Positions 20,286 to 28,704 of a stretch of DNA of 64,000 bases are shown here, piece by piece. The stretch spans positions 1-64,000 of the forward strand of contig CAVTBV010000007.1 in assembly GCA_963733095.1 (NCBI GenBank), given 5' to 3'. Made by a program: the position numbers and the translations under genes. Below the pieces are notes generated by a model. The model worked only from the letters and a program-made list of their open reading frames with translations, was not told where the DNA came from and did no database searches. The first letter of the stretch is position 1; the number at the start of each line of letters is the position of its first letter. The DNA is from Candidatus Bathyarchaeota archaeon. GTDB lineage: Archaea > Thermoproteota > Bathyarchaeia > Bathyarchaeales > Bathycorpusculaceae.

Positions 20286-21671
20286 ATGGAAACCCGAAGA
20301 GAAATAGACCCTTTAGGCGAGCGCGAAATCCCAAAAAACGCTTACTTTGGAATTCAAACGTTGAGGGCAACCGAGAATTTCCCCGTCAGCGGAATCAAAG
20401 CGCCCTTGCCCTTTATCAGGGCTTACGTTCTAATTAAGAAAGCCGCAGCCATCGCCAACAATCAGGTTGGATGGCTTGACGAAAAGAAGGCTAAAGCGAT
20501 AATTGCGGCATGCGATGAGGTTCTCTCTGGTAAACTACTTGACCAATTCGTTGTGGATGTTTTCCAAGCGGGTGCGGGCACCTCATTTAACATGAACGTC
20601 AACGAGGTGTTGACGAACAGGGCACTGGAAATCTTGGGCAAACAGAAAGGCGACTATAAAAGCCTCGGACCCAACGATCACGTTAACATGGCTCAATCCA
20701 CCAACGATACATACCCAACGGCGTTGCATGTTTCGGTTTTGATGGCTTTGCGGCCTTTGCTTTTGGTGCTCGATGAGTTGGCAGCGGCTTTTGAAGAGTT
20801 AGGTAAGAAGAATGCTCATGTTTTGAAGTCGGGTAGGACGCATTTGCAGGATGCGGTGCCGGTTACGGTTGGTCAGGAATTTAGTGCTTATGGTTCGGCC
20901 ATTGCTAATGCGGCTGGTGAGCTGCGAAGGAGACAGGAGAACCTCTATACGGTGGCGTTAGGAGGCACAGCCACAGGCACAGGAGCTAATACACACCGCG
21001 ATTACAAACAGAAATCCGTCGCTGAGTTGGCAAAACTGACAGGTTTTCCGCTTTACCCAGCTAAGAACAATTTTGAAGCCTTGCAAAGCCACAGAGCCGC
21101 GCAGTCGGTTTCGAGTGGACTCAAAGAATTGGCCTTAGAGCTTATCCGCATCGCCAACGACCTGCGGTTGCTGGCCTCGGGTCCAACGACAGGGCTCAAC
21201 GAGATTACTTTGCCGCCTGTGCAGCCTGGCTCATCAATTATGCCTGGAAAAGTGAATCCAGTTATGGCTGAATGCCTTGACATGGTCGCCTTCCAGGTGG
21301 TCGGCAACGATTTGGCAGCATCCATGGCGGTGCAGGCTGGGCAACTGGAACTCAACGTCATGACACCCGTAATAGCCTACAACATGCTCTTTTCAATTCA
21401 AATCCTCGCCAATTACATCCCAACATTCACAAAGAAATGCATTCAGGGTATGAGCGTTGACGAGAAACGATGCGAACAATATCTTGAGAAAAATCCTTCT
21501 TTGGCTACGTTGTTAGCGCCCAAAATCGGCTATTTGGAAGCCGCCAAAATCGCCAAACAAGCCCAAGCAGAAAACCGAACAGTAAAAGAAGTCGCATTAG
21601 AAAAAGGATTGCTCAAAGCTGAGGAACTGGACAAGATTTTTAGCCGCAAGAACTTGCTTAATGAAAAGTAA
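20286..21671 (+). CDS. aspA: Aspartate ammonia-lyase (class II fumarase superfamily)
   Basis: GSSIMPGKVNP signature; QSTND favours aspartase over FumC (QSSND). Confidence 0.8.
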   Translation: METRREIDPLGEREIPKNAYFGIQTLRATENFPVSGIKAPLPFIRAYVLIKKAAAIANNQVGWLDEKKAKAIIAACDEVLSGKLLDQFVVDVFQAGAGTSFNMNVNEVLTNRALEILGKQKGDYKSLGPNDHVNMAQSTNDTYPTALHVSVLMALRPLLLVLDELAAAFEELGKKNAHVLKSGRTHLQDAVPVTVGQEFSAYGSAIANAAGELRRRQENLYTVALGGTATGTGANTHRDYKQKSVAELAKLTGFPLYPAKNNFEALQSHRAAQSVSSGLKELALELIRIANDLRLLASGPTTGLNEITLPPVQPGSSIMPGKVNPVMAECLDMVAFQVVGNDLAASMAVQAGQLELNVMTPVIAYNMLFSIQILANYIPTFTKKCIQGMSVDEKRCEQYLEKNPSLATLLAPKIGYLEAAKIAKQAQAENRTVKEVALEKGLLKAEELDKIFSRKNLLNEK

Positions 21672-23063
21672 TTATCCTACGGTGCCGTAGCCGCTCACTG
21701 TCACGACGACGTCTGTGGTAGCTGAGCTTGTTTTTGCATCAACCAGAATAGTCCAAACTATATCCTGGGATGGAAATAGCTGCATCATGTCGTCATCCGA
21801 CAACCAAACTGAGCTGCTGTTGGTGAAGGTTCGAATGACTGGGTCGGAGATAACGTTGTCGATGAATTCTATGCGTACTCTGACAGTTACGGTTTCGCCG
21901 TTGGTGAAGCTGCCGTCGACTGCAATCTTTGGTTTGAAGGAGGAAATTGTGAGGGGACGAGTCTGAATGCTCTGGTTTGCGCCATATTGGTTGTTGGTGC
22001 CGACGGGAACGTTGATGTTCTCGCGTTTGAAGAGTGTATTTCCGCCGGATAGCCATATGCCTTGGGAATCGTGGATTTTAGCTGTCCAGTTGCCCAAGAA
22101 GCTGACGCCACTGTCGAGGGTGGGTGCTGGGTTGCAGTTATCGCCGATGTCAATGCCAAACAAGTAGACTGGGTCAGAAGTAAACGACTCAAACACCACC
22201 CCAAACAACAACGTTTGATACATGGAGCCGTCAACTAAAAGCCCTGTTTGGTTGGCTCGTCCGTTTTCGCCAATCCAGAACCTCACATCCTGAATTTGGC
22301 TGTCCGATAACTCGGCTAATTTTTCAACTTTGATGCCTACTGAGAAGTCAATGAGGTTAAAGGAGCAGCGTTCGATTATTGAGCTGGCATATGAGCCTGT
22401 GGCGTTGATTTGGGGAGTTGACGGTGGGCTTTCTGCGTAATTGAAGACGGGGGTTCGGAACGCTATGCCTTCTGTAGCGTTTATGAATTGGCAATCGTCG
22501 ACTTTGTTGTATTCGCTCCATGTGTTGGTGTTGGCAAACTCGATGCCTGTGGAGGTGTTTTCAAACTTGATGCTTTGGATGGTTGTTCCAAAAGAGTTCT
22601 CGACTCTGATGGTGGCGTTGATTAAGGTTAAGCCCGAAATGACTGTATCTTGTGATGTCGTGTAGTTGTCGCCGTATACAATTATTTTGTGGCCGTTGCC
22701 CATTATGGTTGCGCCGTTGTCGCCGACTATTTTGGCATTCATCTTATTCGAAATGACGACATCGTCGGTTAAAATGTAGGTTCCTGAGTTGAGGTAAACA
22801 GATTTGCCCGAATTTAACGCTGAATTCAACATAGACGAGGCGCTCTTTGCCTGCTCAACAACATAGCCTGTTAGCATGTTCTTTAGTTTGTAGTTGTTGC
22901 CTTCTTGTGAGAGCACGTAGTCGTAGTTAACTGCGTTGGTGCTCATGGATGATTTTGTTCCTTCAAAAATTAGGTAAGTATTAAATGCCGACAAAGCAAG
23001 CAACGCTACAAGGATAATAACTATAACGCGTTTAGAAGCGATTTTTTTTAGGGCTTCTTTCAT
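21672..23063 (-). CDS. Secreted/anchored protein with probable parallel beta-helix (pectin-lyase-like) domain
   Basis: N-terminal TM; VYLNSGTYIL motif; repeated FENTSTGI/FINATEGI rungs. Confidence 0.6.
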   Translation of the reverse strand: MKEALKKIASKRVIVIILVALLALSAFNTYLIFEGTKSSMSTNAVNYDYVLSQEGNNYKLKNMLTGYVVEQAKSASSMLNSALNSGKSVYLNSGTYILTDDVVISNKMNAKIVGDNGATIMGNGHKIIVYGDNYTTSQDTVISGLTLINATIRVENSFGTTIQSIKFENTSTGIEFANTNTWSEYNKVDDCQFINATEGIAFRTPVFNYAESPPSTPQINATGSYASSIIERCSFNLIDFSVGIKVEKLAELSDSQIQDVRFWIGENGRANQTGLLVDGSMYQTLLFGVVFESFTSDPVYLFGIDIGDNCNPAPTLDSGVSFLGNWTAKIHDSQGIWLSGGNTLFKRENINVPVGTNNQYGANQSIQTRPLTISSFKPKIAVDGSFTNGETVTVRVRIEFIDNVISDPVIRTFTNSSSVWLSDDDMMQLFPSQDIVWTILVDAKTSSATTDVVVTVSGYGTVG

Positions 23064-23211
23064 GTTGAAGGCTCAGCGGTTTTGAATTACCATGTAAGAG
23101 CTATCGTTAATTAAATTTATTGTTAAAGGCTACAAGAACACTGCAAAGTTGCCGAGAGCGAAAACAAGAAGGTACTGCAAATTGCCCTTTACAAAGTCTG
23201 TTTTTGGCAGT

Positions 23212-23523
23212 TTAGAGTTTCATTATTTGAGCGTGAGGCACGCCTTCTATTTTTATCACGGCTTCAGGATGAACATATCCCTGTGCTATCGCGGATTCAA
23301 CGCAGTTCTTTCCAACAAGGTTCACAATCGTTGAATTGCTAATCAATCCAACAGCCTCATCAACGGTGGCTTTTCGTCCATTGTAGAATTCGTCTTTTAT
23401 TTTAAAGACAATTTTGCCTTCCCGAAGAGTTTTTCCAAGCAGATTGCAGTCGCAAATTGCTAAGAGCACGTTTTGCCCCACCTTTTTGATGTTGAGGTAA
23501 ACTTCCAAGTTCAGCGCACTCAT
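23212..23523 (-). CDS. DUF424 family protein
   Basis: AICD..LLGK...FY.G...NLVG...G.PHAQ. Confidence 0.9.
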   Translation of the reverse strand: MSALNLEVYLNIKKVGQNVLLAICDCNLLGKTLREGKIVFKIKDEFYNGRKATVDEAVGLISNSTIVNLVGKNCVESAIAQGYVHPEAVIKIEGVPHAQIMKL

Positions 23524-23930
23524 AACTGTTTAATCGATGATTTTGCGCCGCAAGCGTTACAAACCAGAAAAGACAGGCGCTTTTCCTTTACTATTCTGGT
23601 ATCGGGGCGTTTACAAACTGGACAAATAACATAACCCTCAAGGTACCTGGTTAGCAACCTCTCGAAGCTGTCACGTTGGAATTTACCTTGGAAGATGGCA
23701 CGGTTATCAGCGAATGTTGCTGCTGTCGCCATTTCTCGGGTTAGGAACTTTAGGATGTGTTGTGGGTCGCGGTCTAAGGCGTCAGCCACTTCTTTAAAGT
23801 TTGAAATTATGGTGCGCATACCAACTGTGTTGATGTACAGTCGGGGAAGCTCTAAGCGTTCGCGTTTTTCGGAGACTTGGGGCATTTGAGCGCAAGCTCG
23901 CTTTAGCAGATCATCGTAGTTGAAGGTCAT
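23520..23930 (-). CDS. eif2b: Translation initiation factor aIF-2 beta
   Basis: TIISNF, YVICPVCKRPDT, CNACGA. Confidence 0.96.
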   Translation of the reverse strand: MTFNYDDLLKRACAQMPQVSEKRERLELPRLYINTVGMRTIISNFKEVADALDRDPQHILKFLTREMATAATFADNRAIFQGKFQRDSFERLLTRYLEGYVICPVCKRPDTRIVKEKRLSFLVCNACGAKSSIKQL

Positions 23931-24086
23931 GTTTCCATCTCAACCAATCATGGTGCCAGCACATATTTAAAATTATAACGTGTGAAAACACGAAAGCAAT
24001 GGTTTTGATGTGTGTTTAAAACTAAATCAATATAAATTCCGATAACAAAGCTTAGGTATCAACTTTCAACATTCAGAGGCTCATGT

Positions 24087-25034
24087 GTGACCGAACAAAA
24101 AACAGGCTCAGAAGGAAACATCAACCTTCAAATAGACAAACTAAAAAAACAAATTGGCGAAGCAAACAATCAGATCAAAAAGTACGTTGAGAAACGGAAC
24201 CAATTACATGAGCAAGTTCGCAAGTCCCGTGAGGAAATCAATCAGATAAAGACGGAAAGGGACACCTTAAACCAGAAAGTAAAGTTGCTCAAAGAACAAA
24301 GAGACCTCATAAGAGCCCAAGCAACCCCAATTATTGAAGAGATAAATGCGATAGATGAAAAAATCGCTGAACTCAAAAAGAACGTGCCGCGCGTAAGCCA
24401 ACGTGATCTACAGGAAGAACTCGATGCGATTGAATGGAAAATTTCTACGACGTCGCTTGACTTGCCTGAGGAGAAAAGGCTTGTTGGTGAAGTGAAAGAA
24501 CTCGAAATTCAACTTAAGAGTTACAAAAAGATCGATAAAAGGCATGAAAAAATTAAAGAGTTAATTGCCAAATGCAAGGTAATTGATGCGCAAGCAGACG
24601 TTTTCCACAAGGAATTAACGGAATTAGCAAAGAAAAGCCAAGAACTTCATGCCACAATGATAGAAAAAGTGGAAGCGGTGAAGAAGGATCGTGCTGAAGC
24701 CGATAGTCTGCATCAAGCGTTTGTGAATGCCAAGGAACAGAATAATCTGTGGTATGCACAGATCAGTGAGTTGATTGGTCAATCAACTAGCCTTAGAGCT
24801 AACTATAGGGAGCAGTCGCAGGCCAGAAGAGCTGAGGAAGAGGCTAAACGAAGCGTGGAGCAGGCGAAGCGGAAAGAGGAGCAAGCGCAACGAGCAGTTA
24901 AGGAAAAAGAGATTAAAGAGAAGATTGGATCGGAAGCAAGGGTTAAGTTGCAGCGTGGCGAAAAGGTCAACTGGGAAGAGTTTCAATTTATGCTTGGCGA
25001 CGATGAAGAAGATGATTCAAATACGCAAGTTTAA
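24087..25034 (+). CDS. Archaeal long coiled-coil protein (COG1340-like)
   Basis: Continuous heptads, IEWKISTTSL..EE, C-terminal GEKVNWEEF; typical neighbour of DUF373/uppS. Confidence 0.75.
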   Translation: MTEQKTGSEGNINLQIDKLKKQIGEANNQIKKYVEKRNQLHEQVRKSREEINQIKTERDTLNQKVKLLKEQRDLIRAQATPIIEEINAIDEKIAELKKNVPRVSQRDLQEELDAIEWKISTTSLDLPEEKRLVGEVKELEIQLKSYKKIDKRHEKIKELIAKCKVIDAQADVFHKELTELAKKSQELHATMIEKVEAVKKDRAEADSLHQAFVNAKEQNNLWYAQISELIGQSTSLRANYREQSQARRAEEEAKRSVEQAKRKEEQAQRAVKEKEIKEKIGSEARVKLQRGEKVNWEEFQFMLGDDEEDDSNTQV

Positions 25035-25070
25035 AGTTAAGTGTCAATATTAACAAGATAGAGATTTGCG

Positions 25071-26297
25071 ATGGCGAAAAAGGAAACTCAACCCCAGATG
25101 CAAAAGCGCATCCTAATTTTATGTGTGGACAGGGATGGCGATATAGAAGCTAAAGCAGGCATAAAGACGCCGCTTCTGGGAAGAACCGCTAACCTCGATG
25201 GGGCAGTTGCCTTAGCCCTCAAGGATCCTGAAGAACCAGACGCCAATGCCATGTTTGAGGCAGTTAGGCTCTACGACAGGCTACGAGATGAGAAGCAGCC
25301 TGAAGAGATCTTTGAAGTCGCAACTATCTCCGGCAACGAGTTGGGCAGCGTGGGTGCAGACAGAAAACTGGTTGCCGAATTGAACAGCTTACAAGATTCC
25401 TTTAATGCCAACGAAGTTATCTTGGTCACAGACGGCTATTCTGACGAAGCAGTCTTGCCACTGGTGGAGTCAAGAGTGCCCGTTTCCTCCGTGCGCCGAA
25501 TAGTGATTAAGCACAGTGAATCGATCGAAGAAACCGCGGCGGTCTTTACAAAATACGTCCGATTACTGGTGGATAACCCTCGTTATGCGCGTATGGCGCT
25601 GGGGTTGCCTGGAATTTTGGTTTTTATCTTCGGCATCCTTTGGGGAATCAACCTGTTCTATCCAGGCACAATCTACTACTACGGTATAGCAATTGTCATA
25701 GTCGTGGGCGGTTTCTTGCTGCTTAAAGGCTTTGGCGTTGACAAAGCAACCAAAGACTTCTACAAGTGGGCACGAGACTATTCGCCGCCCTCACTTCCTG
25801 TACAAATTTCAAACTACACCATCATAGCTGGAATATTGTGCATCGCCGTAAGCGTTTACCTTGGCGTAGCAAACGTAAACATCAACGTGGCACCTGCCGC
25901 TAACTTAGCTGGTTGGCTCAGCATAGCTCCGAGAGTTGCATACTACTTCATCACTGGAATCGTCGATCTGTTAGTGGCAGGTACAATCATTATTCTGCTA
26001 GGAAGAAGTGTAAGATTGTATGTTGAGAGGGATTCAAAGTTACTGCGAAACGTTGCGTTGATTGTTTCAGTTGCTTGGACACGGTTTGTTTTGATTGGAA
26101 CAGCAAACGTTATTCTTCATTATTACACGGATAAATTAGCTGTGGTTGGGTTAAGCGACGACATTTTCTCAAGTTTTCTATTCACAATAATAGTGGGTAT
26201 TCTAATAGGTGTTGCCTCGGTTCTTCTAATATACATCGTTAACCGCCAAGCAAGAAATTTCTTCAAGAGAAGAACTGAAAAACCTGAAGAACTATAA
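25071..26297 (+). CDS. DUF373 family membrane protein
   Basis: LCVDRDGD, DPEEPDANA, TDGYSDE. Confidence 0.9.
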   Translation: MAKKETQPQMQKRILILCVDRDGDIEAKAGIKTPLLGRTANLDGAVALALKDPEEPDANAMFEAVRLYDRLRDEKQPEEIFEVATISGNELGSVGADRKLVAELNSLQDSFNANEVILVTDGYSDEAVLPLVESRVPVSSVRRIVIKHSESIEETAAVFTKYVRLLVDNPRYARMALGLPGILVFIFGILWGINLFYPGTIYYYGIAIVIVVGGFLLLKGFGVDKATKDFYKWARDYSPPSLPVQISNYTIIAGILCIAVSVYLGVANVNINVAPAANLAGWLSIAPRVAYYFITGIVDLLVAGTIIILLGRSVRLYVERDSKLLRNVALIVSVAWTRFVLIGTANVILHYYTDKLAVVGLSDDIFSSFLFTIIVGILIGVASVLLIYIVNRQARNFFKRRTEKPEEL

Positions 26298-26421
26298 GTT
26301 TTCTGCAAGTTTTTTTTCTCTTCAATTAGAGTAAGCTTTAATTGAACCTATCATGGCTTTAGCTATAGTACATGGTAGAAAACGCCTGTGCAAAATCCTT
26401 CAGACATGAGAGGTTCATTTA

Positions 26422-27219
26422 GTGCTTAAGAGGTTTCTATCTGTCATCGGAGCCTACAAGGCTTATGAGAAATGGCTGTGGCAACAAGTTAAAAATGGCA
26501 CTAAACCTGAGCACATAGCTATAATTCTTGACGGAAATAGGCGCTGGGCAAGTGAGAATGAAACTCATCCCTTGCTGACAAGGGACAGATGGGGACATGG
26601 AGGGGGCGCCGATACTGTTGAGCAACTTTTAGATTGGTGCCACATGATAGGCGTAAAATATGTTACTCTGTACACCTTCTCCACCGAGAACTTTGGTAGG
26701 CACACAGATGAAGTTGAACAGATTATGCAGATTGCGGAAGAGCGTTTCCGTAAGCTCTTAAAGGATGAACGTCTCCACCGAGACAAGATACACGTAAAAG
26801 TAATCGGCAGAACAAACATGCTGCCTGAAAGCTTACAGAAAATCATCGCAGAACTTGAAAAAGCCACCGAGACTTATGATTGCTTCTTTTGGAACTTTGC
26901 ATTCGCCTACGGCGGCAGAGCAGAAATCGTAGATGCTGCCAAAACCATCGCAAAGAAAGTGAAGGACGACGAGATGAAAATCGACGACATCACCGAGGAA
27001 ACGTTTGAAAAATACCTCTACACATCCCACATGACTAAACAAGACCCCGACATGATTATTCGCACATCTGGTGAAGAACGGTTAAGTGGGTTTTTGCTTT
27101 GGCAAGCTGCCTACAGCGAGCTTCTTTTCTTGGATGTGTACTGGCCTGACTTTCGCTTCATCGACCTGTTGAGGGCGATTAGGGTGTTTCAGCACCGCAA
27201 ACGCCGTTTCGGATCATAA
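26422..27219 (+). CDS. uppS: cis-prenyltransferase (polyprenyl diphosphate synthase)
   Basis: ILDGNRRW, FSTENF, YGGRAEI, RTSGEERLSGFLLWQ. Confidence 0.96.
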   Translation: MLKRFLSVIGAYKAYEKWLWQQVKNGTKPEHIAIILDGNRRWASENETHPLLTRDRWGHGGGADTVEQLLDWCHMIGVKYVTLYTFSTENFGRHTDEVEQIMQIAEERFRKLLKDERLHRDKIHVKVIGRTNMLPESLQKIIAELEKATETYDCFFWNFAFAYGGRAEIVDAAKTIAKKVKDDEMKIDDITEETFEKYLYTSHMTKQDPDMIIRTSGEERLSGFLLWQAAYSELLFLDVYWPDFRFIDLLRAIRVFQHRKRRFGS

Positions 27220-27227
27220 GAAGTGTG

Positions 27228-28451
27228 TTAGGCGCGTTTTTTGGCGCTCACTATGGAGATGACGTCGCGGTCTTTTAGGATGGCATCTTCGCCGATTCGT
27301 CTTTTGTCTCGGGCGTCGATGGCGTAGAGGAAGCTTTCGCCGAGTTCACTGTGGATTAAGTAGGCGAATAGGTGGGCTGTTGTGCCTTTGGGTACGAGGT
27401 ATGTGTCTGGTAGGACGCGTCCGTTGTGGTCGGATAGGTGTTCGAGGTCTTCGACTGGGTAGACGGTTATCATGTCAAGGAGTTTGAAGTAGGCTGTGTT
27501 TATGGCTTCCTGCACTCCCGTGGAGCCGTTGGGTTTGAGGATTTTTTCTTTTACCTGTTCTAGCGCCTTAATTTGACCAGCCGACAGCTTTATAGGCTGA
27601 GTTATCTTGAAGTCCGGGTCGCCGGGCTTGTAATCGATGAGTTGCTTCTCTGCGGCGCGCCTAAGCACCAGCTCCGCTTCAGCTGAGCAAGGGATAACGA
27701 TGTAATCGAGTTTTTTCATACGCTCAACGTTCGCTTTTGCTGTTGGTAAATCAATCTTGTTGGCAACAATCAAAAGCGGTTTAGATATGCGGCGCAGATT
27801 GTCCACGAAACGGTAAAAGTCCTCATCCGTCCAAGAGACTGGTTTGTCAAGGTTCAAATTTGACCGCCTAACAGCCTCCCCTATACAATTGCGTTTAATG
27901 CTCAAGCCCGTTAAGCGGTCTTCAAGATGGTGAGCTATACCCTTCTTGTCGGCTTCTGCGGTGCGGGAGATTTTGGACCAGTCTTTCTTGAGGATGGTTA
28001 CCATCCACATGGTGATTTCGCGTTCCAAAAACTGCACGTCTTCGAGGGGGTCATGTTCGCCTGGCTTGCAGGTTTTGCCTTCGCAGTCGGTGCCGCCTGA
28101 AGCGTCGACCACGTGGATGAGGGCGTCTGCGCGCCGGATTTCATCGAGGAACTGGTTGCCTAAACCGCGTCCTTCCCAGGCTCCTGGCACGATGCCTGCG
28201 ATGTCGATTAATTCAACTGGGACAAGTCTGGTGCCGCCTAGGCATAGCGAGTTTTTGGGGTTGTCTTGGACGTTGAATTCAGGGTGGACACAGGGAGTTC
28301 GAACGTAGCCGACGCCTCGATTTGGCTTGATTGTGGTGAAGGGGTAATTGGCTATTTCCGCCGCAACCAATGTCGCAGCGCTAAAAAATGTTGATTTTCC
28401 AGTGTTTGGCTTCCCAATAACACCGAGAACACGCGAGTAAGACCTTTGCAT
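27228..28451 (-). CDS. ychF: YchF/Obg family redox-regulated ATPase
   Basis: GKPNTGKST, YPFTTI, DIAG, NKID, C-terminal TGS domain. Confidence 0.93.
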   Translation of the reverse strand: MQRSYSRVLGVIGKPNTGKSTFFSAATLVAAEIANYPFTTIKPNRGVGYVRTPCVHPEFNVQDNPKNSLCLGGTRLVPVELIDIAGIVPGAWEGRGLGNQFLDEIRRADALIHVVDASGGTDCEGKTCKPGEHDPLEDVQFLEREITMWMVTILKKDWSKISRTAEADKKGIAHHLEDRLTGLSIKRNCIGEAVRRSNLNLDKPVSWTDEDFYRFVDNLRRISKPLLIVANKIDLPTAKANVERMKKLDYIVIPCSAEAELVLRRAAEKQLIDYKPGDPDFKITQPIKLSAGQIKALEQVKEKILKPNGSTGVQEAINTAYFKLLDMITVYPVEDLEHLSDHNGRVLPDTYLVPKGTTAHLFAYLIHSELGESFLYAIDARDKRRIGEDAILKDRDVISIVSAKKRA

Positions 28452-28704
28452 CAGTATCACTGCAGTACTGTGCAATGCATAGTGCTATATTATTTGCGCT
28501 TGCAACAAATAAAAACATCGGCATTTGAACCAGATTTCAACATGTTAATGTGTATGTTTTCAGCCAATGCGCCCTATACCTCTTAGGGCTTTTTGACTTC
28601 CTCTACCGTTTAGCTATATCACCATAGGATCCAAATAGGTTCGTGCGGGATTAATTTGGAGAAAATGGTTTAAAGGGGCTTTTACTTCTATGATTTAGTG
28701 GCGT

